Source of the DNA: Candidatus Moraniibacteriota bacterium
Lineage (GTDB): Bacteria > Patescibacteriota > Minisyncoccia > Moranbacterales > UBA1568
Reading direction: 5' to 3'
Length of the DNA stretch: 64,000 bases
NCBI GenBank assembly: GCA_008012175.1
Contig: SSEF01000020.1
Span: forward strand, 24,002-88,001
Shown here: one piece after another, positions 1 through 6,210 of the stretch
Numbering within the stretch: the stretch's first letter is position 1
How the letters are laid out: each line of letters begins with the position of its first letter
The notes under the pieces: model-generated
What the model saw: only the letters and a program-made list of their open reading frames with translations
Told to the model about the DNA's origin: nothing
Database searches by the model: none
Program-made: the position numbers and the translations under genes

Positions 1-534
1 ACGCGCACTGTGGGAAGCAACGATGCCGCCGAGCGAGATGATGGCGATTTCCGATGTACCACCGCCGATATTGATGATCATATTGCCCTGTGCTGTATGG
101 ATTGGGATACCGGCGCCGATCGCGGCGAGGACTGGTTCCTTCACGACATACGCTGCTTTGGCTCCTGCCTTGATCGCCGCATCAACGACCGCGCGGCGCT
201 CTGTCGAAGTGATTCCCGCCGGCACCGACAAGACGATTTCCGGACGGATGAAGCGGACCCGGCCCATGACGCGATTGATGAAGTATTTGAGCATTGCCTC
301 GGTCACACGATAGTCAGCAATGGCGCCATCACGGAGTGGCTGACTTGCGGCAATAGTGTCTGGCGTGCGACCAAGCATCTCCTTGGCCTCGTTCCCGACG
401 GCGAGCACCTTGTTCTCAGAAAGCGAAATGGCGACAACGGACGGCTCGTTGATAACGATGCCTTGTCCCGGGACAAACACTAGTGTATTTGCCGTTCCCA
501 AGTCGATCCCAATTTTTTGTATGAGCCATCGCAT
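1..534 (-). CDS. mreB: Rod shape-determining protein MreB, N-terminal part; the gene runs off the window edge
   Basis: Own translation of the minus strand from the ATG at 534-532 gives MRWLIQKIGIDLGTANTLVFVPGQGIVINEPSVVAIS...GGGTSEIAIISLGG. This is the actin-like MreB N-terminal phosphate-1 motif and the overall MreB pattern. No stop codon occurs before position 1. Confidence 0.85.
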   Translation of the reverse strand, partial: MRWLIQKIGIDLGTANTLVFVPGQGIVINEPSVVAISLSENKVLAVGNEAKEMLGRTPDTIAASQPLRDGAIADYRVTEAMLKYFINRVMGRVRFIRPEIVLSVPAGITSTERRAVVDAAIKAGAKAAYVVKEPVLAAIGAGIPIHTAQGNMIINIGGGTSEIAIISLGGIVASHSAR

Positions 535-545
535 AGTGCCTCGAC

Positions 546-1811
546 CTAAACAGTCTCTCGGGAAATTCTTGCTCCGATACCCGACAACCGATCTTCAATC
601 CGCTCATAACCGCGATCAACTTGGTAAATATCCTCGATTATCGTTTCGCCCGTTCCTACAAGTGCTGCAATGATGAGTGCCGCACCAGCCCGCAGATCAT
701 AGCTCTTGATAACTGTTCCGCGGAGCGGTGTCTTGCCATGTATGAGTATCTGATGCGGATTAAGAACGGTCAGTTTTGCCCCCATCTTTTCGAGTTCAGC
801 CGCATAATTAAAACGACCTTCGAACATCGTATCAAAAATGAACGTGTCTCCGGTGGCTTGAGTCGCAAGAACAGCAAGAGGCGCCTGGATATCGGTCGGG
901 ATGCCAGGGTACGGGCGCGGATCAATCTGGAGAGATGGAGCGGAAAGCACTGGCGCGGGATGGATTGTGATCGCGTCCTCTTCAAAGGTGAAGCGTACGC
1001 CAAACTCGCGCAGACGTTCAAGCACGAGATCAAGATCATCTTCTCGGGCATGTTCAACCGTAATTTCGCTCCCTGTTGCCGCACCGAGGATGAGATAGGT
1101 CGCTGCCTCATTATGATCAGGCATGATTACGTGCTTCGCACCATGAAGATCAGAGCGACCACGGATGGTTATGGTATTCGTCCCGAGACCGGAAACAGTA
1201 GCCCCCATTTTCTCAAGGAAATGGCCGAGGTCGACGACGTGCGGTTCGCAGGCTGCAATCTTAACAGTCGTCTCACCCGGGAGGGCAGCCGCAAGCATCA
1301 TAATGTTTTCTGTCGCTGTCACTGACATTTGCCGCAAAACAACCTTGGCTGGCCGGCGGCCGGTTGCATCAATTACGAAACCTTTTTCTTCGGGCTGGAC
1401 TACGATACCAAGCTTTGCCAGCGCGTCGATATGTGCGTCAACCGGACGAGCGCCGATAACGCAGCCGCCCGGCTGACGCAATTCGAAATGATTGAAACGT
1501 GCGGAAAGCGATCCAAAAAGGAGGATCGAAGATCGAAGACGCTTCACTTTTTCTTGGTCTGCACGAGTCGGATCGATAGCATCCGGCGTGATGGCTACCG
1601 TCCGGTGCCCAAGCCACTCCACTGTAGCCCCTAAACTCTCGATGATTTCAAGCATCCGGAACACATCCTCTATCCGGGGGATGTTTTCGAGCACCGAACG
1701 TTCGCGCGAAAGAAGCGTCGCCGCAATGATCGGCGTCGCGGCATTTTTCAGCCCGTAAACGGGAATACGGCCGGACAGCTTCTTTCCGCCCTGGATTCGA
1801 AAGACTTCCAT
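546..1811 (-). CDS. murA: UDP-N-acetylglucosamine 1-carboxyvinyltransferase MurA
   Basis: 421 aa. The N-terminus FRIQGGKKLSGRIPVYGLKNAATPIIAA and the overall EPT-fold pattern are typical of MurA. It lies next to mreB. Confidence 0.9.
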   Translation of the reverse strand: MEVFRIQGGKKLSGRIPVYGLKNAATPIIAATLLSRERSVLENIPRIEDVFRMLEIIESLGATVEWLGHRTVAITPDAIDPTRADQEKVKRLRSSILLFGSLSARFNHFELRQPGGCVIGARPVDAHIDALAKLGIVVQPEEKGFVIDATGRRPAKVVLRQMSVTATENIMMLAAALPGETTVKIAACEPHVVDLGHFLEKMGATVSGLGTNTITIRGRSDLHGAKHVIMPDHNEAATYLILGAATGSEITVEHAREDDLDLVLERLREFGVRFTFEEDAITIHPAPVLSAPSLQIDPRPYPGIPTDIQAPLAVLATQATGDTFIFDTMFEGRFNYAAELEKMGAKLTVLNPHQILIHGKTPLRGTVIKSYDLRAGAALIIAALVGTGETIIEDIYQVDRGYERIEDRLSGIGARISRETV

Positions 1812-2057
1812 AGACCAGAGTATACTCCAAAAAAAACCTTATTTCAAGGCGCAATTCCGCCTCTTTTCCCTCATGAAAATGATAATCCGCTCATCGACGC
1901 GAAGGACGAGAGCGGCATCATTGAGGGTGGCGGCAGGCCTATTTTAGTGCTGCCGCGTGGGACAGGGACACCTGTTCCAGTATGCTTGAAAGCGCTTTAA
2001 CGCTTTTCTTTTTGTTTTTGTATTCTGTTTTTCGCACGAGAACGATGTAAAAAAAGA

Positions 2058-2083
2058 AAACGGGCGTTCACCCGTTTCTTCAT
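2058..2083 (-). terminator. Putative intrinsic terminator after the DGR RT gene
   Basis: Stem AAACGGG (2058-2064) pairs with CCCGTTT (2071-2077) around a 6-nt loop. On the minus strand it is followed by a T-run; on the plus strand 2044-2057 reads gtaaaaaaagaaaa. It sits immediately 3' of the RT stop codon at 2084. Confidence 0.5.
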
Positions 2084-3151
2084 TTACCTTACCAGTATAG
2101 CAGGTTTTACCCCCTCTGTCAAAGTCATTCTCTCTATCTTTTCCCTCAACCGATACCCGTTCCCATGGCTGAGCAATCCGAGATACGCATAAGCGTTCCT
2201 CTCGTCCAACATCCGAAACATCCTCCGCTTCGTTGATCCCCGCAATACGCGATGATCAGGGAAATGCACCCATCCGAGAAAGTCGACGCCCGAAGCAACG
2301 GCTTTGATCAACACCTTATCAGGATGTAAACAAAGTCCGAGTCGTTCCCAAAGAAATTTCCGGATCAATATCAGAAAACCCTCCAGTTGTTCACAGTCTC
2401 TCGACATGATGACAAAATCATCCGCGTAGCGAATGTAATACTTCGCTTTGAGCTTGTGTTTCACGAATTGATCGAATTCGTTCATGTAAATATTCACGAA
2501 AAGCTGCGAGGTCAGATTGCCAAGCGGTAACCCGATACCCGGTCTCTCTAGAGTACGAAAGCTCCGCATCACTCTTTCCAGCAACCAGAGAATATCCTGG
2601 TCAGGGATCCGGTCACGGAGAATACCAAGCAGTATTTCCTGATCGATCGACGCGAAGAACTTCCGGATATCGCACTTCAAGACCCACGCGGTTCTGGTAT
2701 CGTTACAAGAAATTTTCCTCGCAAACACTCGGAATCGATCAAGCGTCTTGTGCGTACCTTTTTCTTTGCGGCAGGAATACGAATCAGCGATGAAGAGCGT
2801 ATCGAAGAACGGATAGAGTATCCGGTAGATCGCGTGGTGGACCAATCGGTCTCTCACCGAAGCCTTGTGGATATCGCGTGGCTTGGGATCGTTTATTTTG
2901 AAGGCTTGATACCCGCCGTGCTCATACGTCTTGTTTTCTAGGTCTTCGTGGAGTGCGAAGATATGGTCCATGAGACGCGCCTCGAATACCTGGACATCTT
3001 GTTTGTTCTTCTTTCCCTTCAGAAATTCCTTCCATGCCTCAAGAAGATTTTCGAGAGATATGATATCATCGTAAACAACCGTTAATTTCTTCTTTGTTTC
3101 GCTATGGCTCTTCCTGGAGTTACCCCCCCCCGACTTGTACCAGTTTTGCAT
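2084..3151 (-). CDS. DGR reverse transcriptase. The full ORF extends to 3469, but the conserved RT domain begins near 3090 and the likely start is Met107 at 3151.
   Basis: RT motifs are present: ...LGNLTSQLFVNIYMNEFD (the DGR-specific [ILV]GxxxSQ variant of the QGxxxSP motif 4) and YADDFVIMS (the motif 5 catalytic YxDD). Upstream, RDRLVHHAIYRILYPFFDTLFIADSYSCRKEKGTHKTL matches the DGR Brt-like N-terminal region. The first 106 codons of the 461-aa ORF are the antisense strand of the avd-like gene and are probably not translated. Confidence 0.9.
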   Translation of the reverse strand: MQNWYKSGGGNSRKSHSETKKKLTVVYDDIISLENLLEAWKEFLKGKKNKQDVQVFEARLMDHIFALHEDLENKTYEHGGYQAFKINDPKPRDIHKASVRDRLVHHAIYRILYPFFDTLFIADSYSCRKEKGTHKTLDRFRVFARKISCNDTRTAWVLKCDIRKFFASIDQEILLGILRDRIPDQDILWLLERVMRSFRTLERPGIGLPLGNLTSQLFVNIYMNEFDQFVKHKLKAKYYIRYADDFVIMSRDCEQLEGFLILIRKFLWERLGLCLHPDKVLIKAVASGVDFLGWVHFPDHRVLRGSTKRRMFRMLDERNAYAYLGLLSHGNGYRLREKIERMTLTEGVKPAILVR

Positions 3152-3487
3152 AAGATAAAAGATGCGTATCTGTTTTGGTATACTCTCCTTTCTTCGCTTC
3201 CCAAGACACACCGCTACTCTCTCGGCCAGCGGATCGATCGTATCTTCATAGAATGCATCGAGTGCGTTTCGGCAGCCGCTTTTCTCTCGCCACAGGAAAA
3301 GATGCCATATGTCCGCCACGCTATCCGCAAAATCGATACGCTCAAGATTCTCCTGCTCGTCCTCTGGGAAACGAAGTCGATCGATACCAAAAAATATATC
3401 GCGCTTTCCGAAAAGATCGATGAGATCGGCAGGATGCTCGGCGGATGGAATGGACAACTCTCCAAACAAAACTCCTCCCGGAAATGA
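3104..3487 (+). CDS. avd: Avd-like accessory variability determinant. It belongs to the four-helix-bundle family, also annotated as the 23S rRNA intervening-sequence protein family.
   Basis: 127 aa. The C-terminal segment ...KKYIALSEKIDEIGRMLGGWNGQLSKQ matches the conserved Avd/four-helix-bundle C-terminal helix; compare bAvd ...AEVGRILGSWIARVNRK and IVS proteins ...ADEIGKMLNGLI. The N-terminal helix YLFWYTLLSSLPKTHRYSLGQRIDRIF matches the family's helix 1-2 region. The gene is on the plus strand, opposite to the RT, TR and target. Confidence 0.7.
   Translation: MALPGVTPPRLVPVLHKIKDAYLFWYTLLSSLPKTHRYSLGQRIDRIFIECIECVSAAAFLSPQEKMPYVRHAIRKIDTLKILLLVLWETKSIDTKKYIALSEKIDEIGRMLGGWNGQLSKQNSSRK
3123..3131. 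repeat. C9/G9 homopolymeric tract inside the antisense overlap between the avd and RT coding regions
   Basis: The sequence read is ta-ccccccccc-g. The tract covers avd codons 7-10 (T-P-P-R) and RT codons 7-10 counted from Met107 (S-G-G-G). Confidence 0.9.
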
Positions 3488-3505
3488 GAGGAGAAATGAA
3501 GAGAG

Positions 3506-3630
3506 TTGCGAAGCGCAGAGCCGGGTTATTGTCGTTCCAGTTGTTGTCGAGCCAGTTCCAGTTCAAGACAATCTGACCACCGTTCTCGATGAGGTACGGG
3601 ACGTTGAGGTTACCATTGCGGTTCTGCACG
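3506..3630 (-). repeat. DGR template repeat (TR)
   Basis: 125 bp are near-identical to 4030-4154. All 10 mismatches have T on the plus strand of this copy, which is A on the minus (sense) strand. The translated sense strand is Asn-rich (NGNLNVPYLIENGGQIVLNWNWLDNNWNDNNPALRFA), with AAC codons typical of a TR. Confidence 0.88.
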
Positions 3631-3929
3631 AATGTATAAGATGCCGTCTATACCACCGCCCATCGAATACTCTCAGGGTTGAATCGTATTCCGCATCTCA
3701 AATGCGCGAGTATCTTATACCAAGTATCTTCATTTTTTGACCCATTCGATAGGCTCAGGGTCATCCTGAGTTTTATCGAAGGATGAAGTGTCTGCATACA
3801 CCACTCTATCCGAAACGGTGGCCACGGATATTCTCAATGTATGGATACTGGATTCGGCCGCCGACGACCGTAATCACCTGCAAGATTCGCCTACTACCAA
3901 TCCCAGTGTATCAAAAAATGAGAAGTTGA

Positions 3930-3971
3930 AGAAATGAAAACCCCGCACTACCATGTAGGTAAAATGCGGGG
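3930..3971 (-). terminator. Putative intrinsic terminator after the DGR target gene
   Basis: Stem CCCCGCA (3941-3947) pairs with TGCGGGG (3965-3971). On the minus strand it is followed by TTTTCATTTCTTC. It lies 25-55 nt 3' of the target stop codon at 3995. Confidence 0.45.
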
Positions 3972-3994
3972 TCAAAGGACTAAGTATCAAGGGT

Positions 3995-4651
3995 CTAAGA
4001 GACCTGAGATACAGAGCCCTGAGGACTACTTGCGAAGCGCAGAGCCGGGTTATTGCCGTGCCAGTTGTTGCCGAGCCAGCCCCAGCTCAAGACAATCTGA
4101 CCACCGTACTCGACGAGGTACGGGACGTTGAGGTCACCATTGCGGTACTGCACGACTGATTTCCAGAGAGAGACTGCCTTGTCTCCGAAATATTTCCGGA
4201 AGATTTCGATGCCTTGCTTCTGGATTTCTTCGCCATCACGAAGCGACAGACAGCGTTCGAGTATCTTCTTTTCCTTGAGATACTCGTAGAGCTTGTGACC
4301 CTCGATACGTTGGCCATTCTTCTGCACGTCATGGAGCCAGAGGTCGACGGCCCCGAGGTCATACTCGACCGGACCGGTGGATTCCAGTTCCGGATGCATC
4401 ACCAGTTTCACCCAATCGGGATAGACGGGACGGATAGAACGATCGACATGAATGAGGGTGTCAAGCGGTGCTTCGGGTGCCAGAGTCGCTCCCTTCACTC
4501 CTTCACGAAGCACTTCAGCGAAACGTGACCGCCAGAGTTCACCATCGGTACTACCAACCTTGTTGACGGTGTCCAACAAGACTCCCAGTCGTTCTTGTGG
4601 GACACCCACGAGGGCACGGACGATGGGGGCGAGCATGTCATTTTTGGACAT
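3995..4651 (-). CDS. DGR variable (target) protein with a C-terminal C-type-lectin-like variable region
   Basis: 218 aa. The C-terminus ...VQYRNGDLNVPYLVEYGGQIVLSWGWLGNNWHGNNPALRFAS is encoded by the VR. It differs from the TR translation only at Asn/AAY-derived positions. The short GGxxxSWxxxxNNxRxAxR-like tail is typical of CLec-fold DGR targets. Confidence 0.85.
   Translation of the reverse strand: MSKNDMLAPIVRALVGVPQERLGVLLDTVNKVGSTDGELWRSRFAEVLREGVKGATLAPEAPLDTLIHVDRSIRPVYPDWVKLVMHPELESTGPVEYDLGAVDLWLHDVQKNGQRIEGHKLYEYLKEKKILERCLSLRDGEEIQKQGIEIFRKYFGDKAVSLWKSVVQYRNGDLNVPYLVEYGGQIVLSWGWLGNNWHGNNPALRFASSPQGSVSQVS
4030..4154 (-). repeat. DGR variable repeat (VR) at the 3' end of the target gene
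   Basis: Aligned 1:1 with the TR at 3506-3630, there are 10 substitutions and all fall at TR adenines. The 3'-proximal 26 nt (4030-4055 and 3506-3531) are identical and GC-rich, which is IMH-like. Confidence 0.88.
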
Positions 4652-4820
4652 GGTCTATCTCCTTTTTTGCAGGCACTAGCGGGCTCTCGAGAAATTGAGT
4701 TTGCCATAGTAGAGAAGGGCCTACATGAAGCCGCTTTCTGCTATGGCAAAACTGTATGATTTTTAAGGTTCGAAGTACTATCATACACCATTTTAGGTGT
4801 TCTGTCCAGGGTCGAGCAGG

Positions 4821-4858
4821 TCATTGAAAAGAGGCTTGCTACAGCCTCTTTTCAATGA
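4821..4858. promoter_or_regulatory. Perfect 15-bp inverted repeat (hairpin) downstream of trxB and upstream of the DGR target gene
   Basis: TCATTGAAAAGAGGC (4821-4835) and GCCTCTTTTCAATGA (4844-4858) flank an 8-nt loop. Confidence 0.4.
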
Positions 4859-4921
4859 CTCCACTCACATAACCCGCGATCGCTAATTAAGTGCTTACCG
4901 GACAAAAAAGAATGGCGGCAG

Positions 4922-5848
4922 TTAACCACCTTTGCGGACGAAGTCATAGGCGGCAAGCGCTGCCGTCACGCCCAGGCCGGCCGAGATATTGTTCTGCTTA
5001 TACGGAGCATCGGTCGCATCTCCGGTAGCGTAAATACCCAGCTTGGACGTTGAGGCATTCCTCGTATCGAGGACGATTTCACCACGCTCGTTCAAATCAA
5101 GGATATCCTTCACGAATTCAGTATTTGGAACCATGCCGATCTCGACGAATACCCCATCAAGCGCGATGTCCTTCTTTTCGCCTGATGTCTTGTCGAGATA
5201 GCGGAGCCCTTCAACATGAGCATTGCCAAGTATCTCGGCTGTCTCGCCGCTATAGATAACTCTCACTTTTGGGGAGGCAGCGATCTTGTCTTGGGTTACT
5301 TTGTCGCCTTTCAGCTCGGTACCACGAGCAATGAGCGTGATATCATCGGCATACGGCAAAAGGTCCTCGACAGCTTCGAGTGCCGAATTGCCGCTCCCGA
5401 TCACCGCAACCCTCTTGGCCCGGAAAAAAGGCGCATCACAAGTTGAGCAAAATACGACCCCCTTACCGATGAATCTCTCTTCACCTGGAACCTCGAGATG
5501 GCGATGCCGGCCGCCAGTTGCAACAATGACCGTCTTTGTTTCATAGCTCCCCTTATCGGTAATAAGCTGATAGCCGCCAGAGGAAAGTTCCTTGAGACCC
5601 GTTGCACGTTCACCGGTCCTGATTTCTATCCCCTCCTGTGCCCGTAAATGCTTCTCGAGCGCCTGACCGAATTCCCAGCCCGGGATGGTCACGGTCCCGA
5701 TCCAGTTTTCGATCGAAGCCGAGACCACCGACTGACTCAGGAAGCTTTCCGTGACAAAAAGCGTCTTCATCTGCTTTCGCGCCGCATACACCCCTGCCGC
5801 TACACCGCCCGGACCACCACCTACAATTATGCAGTCATACATACACAT
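4922..5848 (-). CDS. trxB: Thioredoxin-disulfide reductase (pyridine nucleotide-disulfide oxidoreductase)
   Basis: 308 aa. N-terminal FAD motif IIVGGGPGG, redox-active CSTCD (CxxC), and a second NAD(P) motif AVIGSGNSALE. Confidence 0.85.
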   Translation of the reverse strand: MCMYDCIIVGGGPGGVAAGVYAARKQMKTLFVTESFLSQSVVSASIENWIGTVTIPGWEFGQALEKHLRAQEGIEIRTGERATGLKELSSGGYQLITDKGSYETKTVIVATGGRHRHLEVPGEERFIGKGVVFCSTCDAPFFRAKRVAVIGSGNSALEAVEDLLPYADDITLIARGTELKGDKVTQDKIAASPKVRVIYSGETAEILGNAHVEGLRYLDKTSGEKKDIALDGVFVEIGMVPNTEFVKDILDLNERGEIVLDTRNASTSKLGIYATGDATDAPYKQNNISAGLGVTAALAAYDFVRKGG

Positions 5849-5853
5849 TTTGG

Positions 5854-6147
5854 TTATTGCATCTTAAACAGGCTCTTAAGATAGGCCTCGTCAATCTTTT
5901 TCTTCCCCTCCCACTTGCAGATAAAATCATCCTTAAGGAGCTCAACCCCGAGCATCGCAACTGCTTCGCGAATCGCCGAAATCTGCGCGATGATATTGAG
6001 ACACTCGTCGTTTCCCTCTACCATCCGCCGGATACCGCGAAGCTGTCCCTCAATACGGGCGATACGGGCAAGCACGGCATCGCGAGGAGCGCCAGGCTTC
6101 ACGCTTGCAATTGATTTCTTTTCAGGTCGAGCCATTGCAGTACACAC
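5854..6147 (-). CDS. Metal-sensing transcriptional repressor of the CsoR/RcnR/FrmR family
   Basis: 97 aa. IEGQLRGIRRMVEGNDECLNIIAQISAIREAV fits the DUF156 family signature with conserved Cys and His positions. Confidence 0.75.
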   Translation of the reverse strand: MCTAMARPEKKSIASVKPGAPRDAVLARIARIEGQLRGIRRMVEGNDECLNIIAQISAIREAVAMLGVELLKDDFICKWEGKKKIDEAYLKSLFKMQ

Positions 6148-6210
6148 AAAATATACCCTCTGGGGGTATATTACAAGCCGCTTATGAGGATGTCAACAGC
6201 GGTGCAGACA

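Noticed and set aside
3152-3469. N-terminal 106 codons of the 461-aa RT ORF
   Set aside because: The region shows no RT homology. It is acidic and low-complexity. It is exactly antisense to the Avd-like ORF, whose plus-strand frame has family-specific similarity. The open frame is most likely the fortuitous antisense of a high-GC gene, so the RT start is placed at 3151.
3342-3629. 95-aa minus-strand ORF (and the 143-aa plus ORF at 3309-3740) spanning the repeat
   Set aside because: It is simply the in-frame translation of the template repeat itself: an Asn-rich copy of the VR peptide. In DGRs the TR is non-coding template RNA. The downstream part has no protein-like character.
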